From assembly GCA_032718475.1 (NCBI GenBank), contig JAUCBJ010008838.1, positions 1-55,539 on the forward strand: a stretch of 55,539 bases of DNA, in the 5' to 3' direction. Shown here piece after piece: positions 1 to 10,119 of the stretch. The stretch comes from Nemertoderma westbladi. Taxonomy: Eukaryota > Animalia > Xenacoelomorpha. The notes beneath the pieces were generated by a model. It saw only the letters and a program-made list of their open reading frames with translations. It was not told the origin of the DNA and made no database searches. Within the stretch, counting starts at the first letter, position 1. Every line of letters begins with the position of its first letter. A program made the translations under genes and the position numbers.

Positions 1-3
1 TCA

Positions 4-232
4 CGATAGGCCTATTATCTTTATTTCTGTAAATTTAGGCTGAAATTATACCGGTACTTGTAATTAATTCTAGTCCAGAATTATATATACTACAAACTGT
101 AAGCTGTATACTGGTATTCCCGATAGGCCTATTATATATTTATATATATTTGTGCTAAAATTATACCGGTATTCTGAGATAAACCTAGTCTGTAATAATA
201 CTTATATATAATATAGGCGTACCGGTATTCTA
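4..232 (+). repeat. Degenerate ~117-bp tandem duplication in the 5' leader of element 1
   Basis: CGATAGGCCTATTAT...AAATTATACCGGTA...CTAGTC...GGTATTC occurs starting at 4 and again at 121. Confidence 0.7.
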
Positions 233-365
233 ATATATTATATATATATCACTCTACATTGAGTAGCAATATCGGTAATTAATTACTAGGCTAGCAGTTA
301 ATACTGAATTATTAGACTTGCTTAGACTGTAATATAGCAGTAGGCATTCAACTGTACTCACAAAC

Positions 366-3185
366 ATGTCTGATACTAAGCAGAACTTGTCAGACAGTTT
401 ATTAGATGTAACTATCTGCGACTCAGATAGAGGTGTAGAACCATCTAGTCGTAAGTTCAGTTCACCTCCCACTGTGAGGAAGGTCATCCCTCCAGTAATA
501 ATAAAAGAACCTAGGCTGGTCCAACATCGTAGGTCTATCATAGGCACTCGAGCTCAGGTCAAGCGGGACCAAGAAGCAGCAGAACAGCAACAACCCGCGA
601 GTCAAGAACTTATTACTCAGCGGCCCAGCAGCTCCAGTAGTGAGGATACTGTAGAGCTGACACCCGAGCGCGGAGCAGAGATGACGGATGCGGTTTATAC
701 GGATCCCCTTCTCATCCTTCCTGCAGCCGTACTCACTAGGTTATTGATCACGGTGGAAGAACACCAGATCGATTGGGCGAGAAGTCAACAATCAACTAGA
801 GATAGTTATGCGGGATACACGAGGGAAGAACTGAAGTCTATTGTCGAGTCGCAATGGAACTTCCCCGGACCCGGACTCCCGTTTGATTTATCAGAAGCTG
901 CCTGGGAAGACATACACCGGATGGGAGTAGCCAAGGAAACCATCGATCCAGCTGTATGGAAGAGGTCCGCAGCCGGATACGCACAAGGATTCTTCAGCTC
1001 TATGGAGCGAGTAGAAAAACAACTGTTACAACAACCTCAAGGACCTCAAGAGCAGGGACAACTGCTTTATCAAGTTAGAGAAAGAATTCTGCGAATTAGG
1101 CTAATCTTATCAGCCTTTGAGGAGGCTTCTAAAAGAAGACAAGACACGTCGTTGCAAGTTGCCGTAAAGACTTGGTTTCAACGAGTGAATCGCCAGGTTC
1201 AAGGAGCAGCTCAGTGGAAAGCTCAGTTGGAGGCGCGCTCAACCCATGGAGAATCAACGGACGCTACTTTTTCCCAAGTGGAAAGTGAAGCGACGGCAGA
1301 GAAACCGCATAAGAAGGATGCCATTGACATCTATCTGTCAGACTATCAGCGTTTTTTGGGAGATGAAGAGTTGAGGAGAAGGCTAGATGGACTTAGCCCT
1401 AATAGTGAGGGGGCCCAGCGTGTGTTGGATGCAATAGATGTAGATAGGTTAGCGGCGAACCAAGCTAAATTCGATGAACAACTCCGCATCGCTAGAAAAA
1501 AGGAAGAACAAGTAAAGAAAAAACGTATAGAAGATAGAAAGACAGCAGCAGCGGCAGTGGCAGCGGCAGAAGCGGATAGAAAAGCGGCAGAGGCAGCGGC
1601 CGAGGCAAAAGCGGCAGCGGCAGAGGCAGAGGCAAAGGCGGCAGTGGCAGAGGCAAAGGCGGCAGCTGCGGCCGAAGCGGAAAGAAAAATAGCAGTAGCA
1701 GAAGCAGAACGGAGGGCGGCTGAAGAAACCATCCAATTAGAATTGGAAAACATTCAGGAGAATCAAGACTGCATAAATAAACAGTTAACAGCTAGTAATA
1801 TGCAGATGATGAATCGATCTACTCCCAAAAGACAGGGATATACATCATCTGAGGAAGGCGATACCACCGATACTGAAGGCAAAGGAAATAGATCTCGTCT
1901 AAGCAGACGTAAAAGAACATTCCACCGTCAGAAATTGCCTGATTTGCCTCCAGCTGTTAGAAGACAACTAAATAGCACCAACTTAGGCAGTACAGAACCC
2001 ACAGACCAAATAATTAAAATAGAAAGACTCCCTACTATAGTAGATGAGCCTGAAATAATTAGGCCTGTTTTCGAAATCACCCCTTCGGTGATAGACACAC
2101 CTGTACTCCCTGAAGTTACCTCTAAATTCCCTCTGCATAGCACTAAGCTACCTGTGCCCCGTAGAACTGCCCAGGAGACAGTTCAGGTCCTGGACCCCGA
2201 GCGAAAGATTCATAATTTGTCGCCCATTGTCCCTCGTCCGCCCGCTACAACGTTGGCGACTCCCGCTTCGGCGGTCGAATGGGTGGACGAGAGACGGCGG
2301 GGAATGGATCTCCTGCTCGGGCAGATGCAGGAGACTGTTCGACAATTTAAGGGCACAGTAAGGGAAAGTAGACTAGAGTTGCAAGAAGTGCAGCAAAGTA
2401 TCGCGCTAGAGCGCGATAAATTAGTGAACACACAAAGGGGTATATCACCACCCCCTGTAACAATGTGTCAACCTGTTAGGTCTGAAGTAACACATGCGCA
2501 AGGTGTGGAGCCTACACGCATTTATACTGCTAGCGAAGTAGAAACTCCTATAGTGAACCCTATTAAGGGTAATTATAAACCTGTTGATAATGATATTCCC
2601 TATAGACCGGATCATAATCCGAGAAATTTATATACCGATAACTCGATATTAAATAACACGATGGCCCAAGAAAGTTTTACGCGTCAAATGGCTAGAACCG
2701 AAGCCCGGCAAGCGGTGAAGGTGGGAGAGATAGTCAAATTCAATGGAGATGAGATGAAATGGTTACCTTTTAATGAATATTACAAAGATAACATACAGAA
2801 CTCTGTATTGTCTAATGGAGAGAAACTTAGATTCCTCATCGAGTGCTTGGAAGGATCTCCCAAGTTAATGGCGTTAAAGTTTATTGGACATCCAGACGGA
2901 TTAAGACAAGTTTGGGACACACTAAACATCAGGTATGGTAATAGGAATAACATCGCTAAGTATTTATATGCAAAATTAGTAGCGCCCAGAAAGTTCATCA
3001 GCAGTGGGATAATAGAGTTTTCCGATGAGATTCAAGAGATCTGTAGACAATTAGATTGGTTAGGTAAGTCTCATGAATACCAAAGTTCTATGGTCATTGG
3101 AGCTGTGGCTTCTACTTTACCGAAAGGTGGGGTAGGCACACGCTGGGATAAGAAAGTACTATATATGATGGAACAACAACGATGA
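366..3185 (+). CDS. gag: BEL/Pao Gag N-terminal part (coiled coil with AEAKAAA repeats, DUF1759-like capsid region)
   Basis: 939-aa ORF; KFNGDEMKWLPF...EKLRFLIECLEG...LNIRYG matches the BEL Gag core pattern. Same frame as 3195-3392 and 3396-8468. Confidence 0.85.
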   Translation: MSDTKQNLSDSLLDVTICDSDRGVEPSSRKFSSPPTVRKVIPPVIIKEPRLVQHRRSIIGTRAQVKRDQEAAEQQQPASQELITQRPSSSSSEDTVELTPERGAEMTDAVYTDPLLILPAAVLTRLLITVEEHQIDWARSQQSTRDSYAGYTREELKSIVESQWNFPGPGLPFDLSEAAWEDIHRMGVAKETIDPAVWKRSAAGYAQGFFSSMERVEKQLLQQPQGPQEQGQLLYQVRERILRIRLILSAFEEASKRRQDTSLQVAVKTWFQRVNRQVQGAAQWKAQLEARSTHGESTDATFSQVESEATAEKPHKKDAIDIYLSDYQRFLGDEELRRRLDGLSPNSEGAQRVLDAIDVDRLAANQAKFDEQLRIARKKEEQVKKKRIEDRKTAAAAVAAAEADRKAAEAAAEAKAAAAEAEAKAAVAEAKAAAAAEAERKIAVAEAERRAAEETIQLELENIQENQDCINKQLTASNMQMMNRSTPKRQGYTSSEEGDTTDTEGKGNRSRLSRRKRTFHRQKLPDLPPAVRRQLNSTNLGSTEPTDQIIKIERLPTIVDEPEIIRPVFEITPSVIDTPVLPEVTSKFPLHSTKLPVPRRTAQETVQVLDPERKIHNLSPIVPRPPATTLATPASAVEWVDERRRGMDLLLGQMQETVRQFKGTVRESRLELQEVQQSIALERDKLVNTQRGISPPPVTMCQPVRSEVTHAQGVEPTRIYTASEVETPIVNPIKGNYKPVDNDIPYRPDHNPRNLYTDNSILNNTMAQESFTRQMARTEARQAVKVGEIVKFNGDEMKWLPFNEYYKDNIQNSVLSNGEKLRFLIECLEGSPKLMALKFIGHPDGLRQVWDTLNIRYGNRNNIAKYLYAKLVAPRKFISSGIIEFSDEIQEICRQLDWLGKSHEYQSSMVIGAVASTLPKGGVGTRWDKKVLYMMEQQR

Positions 3186-6100
3186 GACCCTACCATGGCA
3201 GATCTCATGTCATTCCTGGATGGAGAAGTGAAATTGCAACTCCTCAAGCAATCCAGAGAGAAGACACCGGAAAACAAGGTAAGTGAAAAACCCGTCTCTA
3301 GGAGAAAGGTAACACCAGTGTGTTATACAGACGACGGCGAAAGCCAGACTTCTCAAGGAGAAGATAGCGGGAAGGACACCGATCGATCTTAATACGTGAA
3401 TAAAATGCCTAAAGATCAGGTGAGTAAATTCAAGTCTCGAACAAATGACAGGAGAGAACAGGTAAGAAAAACTCCTCCTACGTCTCCCAAGAGAATTCAG
3501 GTGAGAAAGCCCGAAGACAAAGCAAGTGTACACAATGTGACTCAGAATAAAGTAAGTAACATCAAACCGAAATGTGCGCTATGCGACGGGACCCACCGTT
3601 TGAATATGTGTGATGAATTCCTGAAGAAATCATTAACTGAGAGACGTGAAGTCATGTGGGATAAGCGGTTATGTTATAATTGCCTCAGACAAGGACACCA
3701 ACGGCGTACCTGTTTCTCTGACATAAGGTGTGCAAAGTGTGGTGTGAAACATCATATCTTGTTGCACGCTGAATTCGAGCGAAATACTCCGAATCAGGTA
3801 AGTGATTCCGAACTACATGTCCAATTCAGTGATGTGAACGACACTGACCAATCTGAGATGGAAGGATTCTATACGGATGAGTTCTCCGACGAAAACGAAT
3901 CCTGTTACCTGATAAATACCGCAGTGTATCGAGCACTCACATATGAAAAAGATACAGACAGCGACCTCACTCTAACTACTTCTGAACGACAACCGTCTTG
4001 GAAAGAGCCATCTTCCAATGTAGGGATTAGAGAATTTCCTGTGGTACAGGTAAGGGTTCACGGACCTAAACGGAGTTACGTAGTGAACGCCCTCCTTGAC
4101 TCCGGTAGTACAGGAACATTCATCGACCAAGAGCTAGCCGAAGACATATTTGCTGGACAACCCAAGTTCCGAACTACGCTAAACATGTCAGGCATTATGC
4201 AAGTCTGGAAATCCACAATAACAGCGGATTATTATGTAGGAGCGTTGTCCACCCCCCAGGACGAACTAGGAGAACATAGCATCAGGTCAGTGAAAATGGT
4301 GGCTATAAAGAACTTCGCTACTACTCAAGCAGACCTTTATAATTGGGACGAGGATGAGAGCATCCAACATCTTAACATACCTCGATTGCAGACTGATTAT
4401 CCTGGAGTGCAAATACTCATCGGCCAAAACGCGCATGAGGCGCTGGAGACATTAGAGAAACGACCTACTCAACCGCAGCCACTACAGACCTATGCGGTAA
4501 GAACTAGAGTAGGTTGGTACTTTACTGGACCTTCCCGTAGAACACTCAGAGAAAGACTACCGCAAGAGCGAGTTTGCCAGGTGAGTGAATGGGAAGATGA
4601 TACTAGTGAAGGAGACGATTTAACTGAGGGAACTCCATACTCCTCAGATGACGACGACATTCACCAGCTTTTTGACGAGGAGAATACTATCGATCTCCTT
4701 AAGGAAAACGAGGCTTGGCAAAACCAAGTGAACTTATGTCAACTTCTTTATCCATCTGAACGAGAAGCTTATAACGACGAGTTAAATGACGTCATTGAGC
4801 GTTGTAATGCCAAGACTCGAGATGAACATGCTGTACGATTCTTTACGCAAGAGGCAGTAGAGCCCAATTCCTACGATAAGGCCTTATCAGTGGAAGAGGA
4901 AAGGGCCAAGCAGATCCAAGAGACTACTACACGTTTCATCAAAGATCAAGGTAGGTATGAAGTCGGTTTACCTTTTCGCAAGAAAGAACCGAAGTTCATC
5001 AATAACAGACCTTTGGCGGAAAAAAGAATCGCGCAACTCCATCGACGCCTTACGGCTAATTCTTCAGCTAAAGCAATGTATCAAACACAGCTGGAAAAAT
5101 TTATTAATAAGGGATACGCGGAGAGGGTACCGGAAGAAACACCTGTGACTGAAAGAACGTATTACTTAACTCACCATTACGTTCCTAAACCCGGTAAACC
5201 CCATGAAGTGAGAGTAGTGTTTGATGGCTCCGCTCTTTACATGGGTCAATCCCTTAACTCTGAATTGTTACCCGGACCCAACTTACTTCAATCTTTGTTG
5301 GGAATTCTTTTAAGATTGAGACAATATTCGATTGCTTTCGCCTCCGATATAGAAGGCATGTTCTTGCAAGTCAAAGTGTTGGATAGGGATCGAGATAGCT
5401 TACGATTTCTATGGTGGCCCGAAGGAGACCTCAACCAGAAACCGGTGGAGTACTGGATGACCATCCAGGCCTTTGGGATAATCTCAAGCCCTTCCAACGC
5501 CTGTTCGGTAGTGCGTACCACTGCAGAGGACAACCGAGAGGCCTTCTCTAAGGAAGTGATCGACAACATCAAGAGGGACATATACATGGACGACAATCTG
5601 AAGTCCCTTCCATCAGTTGAAGAAGCCATTGAGGTCGCTAAAGGAACGGTAGAGTGCTTAAAAAGAGGTGGGTTTCGATTAACGAAATTCACCAGCAACT
5701 CCCGTGAGTTTCTGGAGTCGATCCCTGCGGAGGATCGAGGAGCGAAAGATCTCGATTTGATCAAAGATGATCTGCCAGAAACCAAGACACTCGGCTTGAA
5801 ATGGGACACAGAGAGAGATATCCTGTTTTTCCAACTAAAACAGCGAGATAATCCAGTTCGAACCAAACGGATTTGTTTAAGTATACTGAGCACTTATTTC
5901 GATCCATTGGGATTTATTAGCCCAGTTATATTGATTGCTCGTAGTTTGGTACAACAAATGTGGCTTGAAAACCACTCATGGGACGATCCACTTAAGGGAG
6001 AATTATTAAAGAAGTGGATGAAATGGGAAGATTCTCTACCGGCTATCGAGGATTTTATAATTTCCCGTTCATATTTTGGTCATGTTCTCCCTACGTATTC

Positions 6101-8468
6101 CTATCAACTCCATGTGTTTGGAGACGCCAGCGATATGGGAATAGGTATAGTAGCCTACCTAAGAGTGGAAACTCCGGATGGAATCAAAGTCGCCTTGGTT
6201 ACTTCTAAGGCATTAATCAACAACAAGTTGAAAGTTCCTCGAGCGGAGTTAAAGGCGGCTCTATACGCTACAGCCATCGGCCGGAATGTAACAGAACAGA
6301 TTGACTATCCATTAGAGAAAACTGTCTATTGGACCGACGCTTTACTCGTGTTAGAGTATATAACCAATGAAGTCTGTCAGTTCAGCGTCTTCGTTACCAA
6401 CAGGGTAGCCATCATACTTAGTCGCACGACGATGGACCAATGGAGACATTGCCCCGGAACGATTAATCCAGCAGACATCGCTTCCCGAGGAGCGACTCCA
6501 AAGGAATTGGTAAATACTCCCGAATGGTTAGGAGGACCCGACTTTCTCTACCAAGAAGAAGAAGAATGGCCTCCCCACCTCACAACAGCAGAGATCAGAC
6601 AGGCCAAGGGAGCGGAGAAAGTTAAACCCAAAACTCGAGCGAGTAAATCGAAGTTGTTTAAACCTGCGGTTGATCTATCTGTATTATTTACTTCCGGAGC
6701 GGATGCTTTAGATCAGAAACCCACCGCCACGACCAAAGAAGTCTTGGAAATCCGTGACAAGGATTGGAAATCTGGAATACCAGATATCGCGCAAGGACTC
6801 TCACCTCTCTTGCAGAGAGCGATACGTCACTACAGCTCCTGGAATCGGCTCTGTAAAGCTGTCACTTATTTGAAACGATGTTTTCATCATCGTTACTCCG
6901 GGACAAAGACCAATAGTGATGATGCCCCATCAGCATCTGCACGAGTCCATGTTGTTAAAGATCTTCCTACATACAAGATACCCGACAGGTTTCTAAAGGA
7001 AAAGATCAGTTACCAGGAGCATGATGAAACCAACAAACAGATGCTGAGACTCCTACAATGTTATGAGGATTCCGATAAGTATTTCCTGTTGTTAAGAAAT
7101 CCGCAGATGCGCTTAAGGGATCGCTTCTCTAGTACCATGATAGATGGGTTAATACGTGTTGGGGGTCGGCTAACAAACGCCCCATTATCCTTTGACACTA
7201 AGTTTCCCATACTTATTAGAAATCTTGACATACAAATCAAGATAATTGTAGATGTTCATAGCAAACTGTACCATGCTGGTAGAGAACGAGTTCTGAGCGA
7301 AATTCGAACTCGCTACTATTTTTATAAACCCCGTAGGGCTCTGAACCAAGTTCTTAGGAACTGCATACCCTGTAGGAAAGCATTCAGTAGGCCTTTAACA
7401 CAGCGAGAGGCAGAATTACCTAGGGAAAGAGTAAGCTTCTATGAACCACCCTTTACTAATACCGGTGTGGATTTATTTGGCCCTATTGAAGTATATCGTG
7501 CCCGGACTATAGTCAAGAGATGGTGTGTCATCTTCGTTTGTATGACTTGTAGAGCTATCCATCTCGATATGGTAAACGATCTATCCACCAACAGCTTCGT
7601 GTTGAGTTTACGACGACAGATCGCTCGCTTCGGAACCAGTAACACGATGAGATCGGATAAGGGAACGAACTTCATTGGCGCCAACAACGAAATACAAGCT
7701 TACGTGAAGGACTGGAACAAAAGACAGGTGGACGATCAGCTAAAGATAACAGCGTCTAGCTGGACCTTCAACGCCGCCGACGCCCCTTGGTGGGGAGGAA
7801 GTTGGGAGAGATTGATTAGGAGCGTGAAGACTGCGTTCCACTTTATTGTGCCTTGTCGCGCTTATCTCACCGACGAATTATTGCGGACGTTAATGGAGGA
7901 AATCGCCGCCTATCTCAACGAAAGACCGCTTATGCCAGTCTCTTCAAATCCTGATTCCCTGGAAGCGCTAACACCCGCGCACTTTCTACTGAAGAAGCCC
8001 GTAGCCATGCTCCCACGATCGGAGATCACAGACGGAGACGAGTACTGTCGTCGAACCTGGCAACTTATGCAGTTGCTATCCCGTCGTTTCGCTGACCATT
8101 TCGAGAAACATTACCTGCCCACTCTACAACTTCGAACTAAGTGGTTTGCGCAGCAAGAAAACGTCAGCGCTGGAGACATGGTGCTTATTGTGGACCCCGA
8201 TCTCCCACGTAAGCGATGGCAAACAGGACGTATCATCGAGACTTATATCTCGAGCGATGGTTTGGTGAGATCAGTAGAGCTCGTCGTCATGCGGCGGAAC
8301 TTTAAGAAACCAGGGATAGTCTTTGAGACTCAACAGCTCAATCGCCCAGTGGGTCGTTTATGTTTACTGGAAAGAGACAGAGAGCTCTCCGGAAACTATG
8401 GAAGGCAAGAAACTCTTCCCACGACCACTTCCCTAATCCAACCGACATCTAGGGACTCCCCAACTTAA
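3186..8468 (+). CDS. pol: BEL/Pao Gag C-terminus plus Pol (3 zinc knuckles, aspartic protease, RT, RNase H, integrase); TAA at 3390-3392 interrupts the frame
   Basis: CALCDGTH..C, CYNCLRQGH..C, CAKCGVKHH..LH; LLDSGS protease; YMDD RT; LHVFGDAS RNase H; H-H-CIPC, GVDLFGP, SDKGTNF and WGGSWERL integrase. Confidence 0.95.
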
Positions 8469-8992
8469 TATCGTTCGGAGTGGGCGTGTGACTCTATTAT
8501 TTTATATTATTTTATTATTTTTATATTTATGTATGTATTACTATGTAATTTTATTATAATCGTTTTATTTAATTTAGTAGAATATTATTTAGCGATTATT
8601 TAGTAGAATAGTGCAATATATTCGTGTTTATTACGTACGTAATTACTTATATTATATTTAGTGCGACGGCGAAGAAATAATTATTTTTTCTCTTTCCTTA
8701 CTGTCCGTATTATATTATAAATACGTAACTACAGTAAGATGAAATGTCTGTACTTATTAAAGTACAATAAAGCCACTACTATATTCAAGTATTATTGGTA
8801 GGCAGAGTATTAGGAATGCAAAGTTCAGATCCTCGTGTCTCGGCTAAACCAAGCTCTGGGTAGACCTTGGAAACGACTTGCCTCTTCACACTGACATTGC
8901 TTCGTGCGATATTGCTCTCATACCGTATATTAAATAATACATATAGTAGCGTGATGTCCCTTTAACAGTAGCGTATAACGCAAAATAAATCT

Positions 8993-9304
8993 GTTAAACC
9001 CTTTGACCATCTGTAATTCTAGTCGATTAAGATATCGTGGCACCCACCGATATACTTGAAAGACAAATTATAGAATCAGTGGTTAACGTCCCCAGACAAG
9101 TTCTGGAATAAATCGGTGCCCATCTCAAATATTAATTAGTTAATATTTACAAATCAAATAAGTCAAAATCTGTAAAATTCAGATCCTTCAACAATTCTAG
9201 TCAATTAAGATATCGTAGCATTTACCGATATTCTTAAAGAGACAATTTTCTTAGAATTAAGGATCTTGTGTCCCCAGACATGTTCTAGAATCAAAATATG
9301 TCTA
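8993..9304 (+). ncRNA. Tandem pair of putative structured RNA motifs (stem-loop with possible pseudoknot) in the pol-ORF3 spacer
   Basis: Two ~125-nt related units (8993-9120, 9181-9304) share AATTCTAGTC.ATTAAGATATCGT...CCGATAT and GTCCCCAGACA.GTTCT; their outer stems differ in sequence but both pair. Confidence 0.55.
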
Positions 9305-9927
9305 TTTAATTATCAAATAATAAAATTTCAGGGAATAAATTTAAATTCATGTCTTTTAATGAATTTAATAAATTGCCATTTTACGCAATTTATAACATTC
9401 CCAAAATTCCATTAATTAATAGATCAAGGGAGCGGAGATTTATATTATTATGCGTATGCGTGTACGAAAGTCTCCCAAACATAGTCAATAGCCGATAAAA
9501 TTCATAAAGTCATGTATAAAACAGGACATTGACTATTAAAGAATTACTATTAAATAACATCCCAGATCTGTATGCATTGGAATTACCCTAATTCTACCGC
9601 TAGCTTTACATAATGTCACCATAGCAACAACCACGCTAGAATTAGAATTGAGTTAAAAGAACAATAGAAAGCTTGTCCCATTGAATAGCATAGGGAATAA
9701 ATAGCGCACTGCTAGTATCCAAGGATACATAACAATACAGTGACATTCTGGAAGGCATTGACTAACGGACAAATGGCCCGAATGTGTGTAGTTGTGACAA
9801 GTTGTGTGGTATTTGTGAGTTTATAGGTGAATGTTACTGCTAAAGTGTGTTTACAGTAGCTAGTCGCAATCGTAAAAGTAACCTAACTCTCCAAGGAAAA
9901 CCTGAAGTACATCTAAGCCTTTGGGAC

Positions 9928-10072
9928 GGACAGTGGAGTGACTTGTGCCGGTTATCGTTGTCGTTGTACAGCTACGTCGTTGGCGAAAGTACAGCTACAG
10001 CGGTACATCGGCGCTGAGAATCTCCTACTGTCCGGGGGCAAGGGAGAAATAGGCAGCGACGCCCGCTCGCCT
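9928..10072 (+). ncRNA. Conserved multi-stem cis RNA structure just upstream of ORF3
   Basis: GGACAGTGGAG (9928-9938) pairs with CTCCTACTGTCC (10022-10033), enclosing a long hairpin 9947-10012. Compensatory changes occur in the copy at 55369-55474. Confidence 0.7.
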
Positions 10073-10119
10073 AACGATATATAAACTCATTATAATATTG
10101 GTGAACTCGTATAGCAGAT

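Noticed and set aside
1346-1753. Antisense Ala/Cys-rich ORFs over gag (also 47907-48541)
   Set aside because: Shadow frames of repetitive coiled-coil coding sequence.
9966-9992. Hammerhead ribozyme suggested by CGAAA after a short stem
   Set aside because: No CTGANGA core in the required position.
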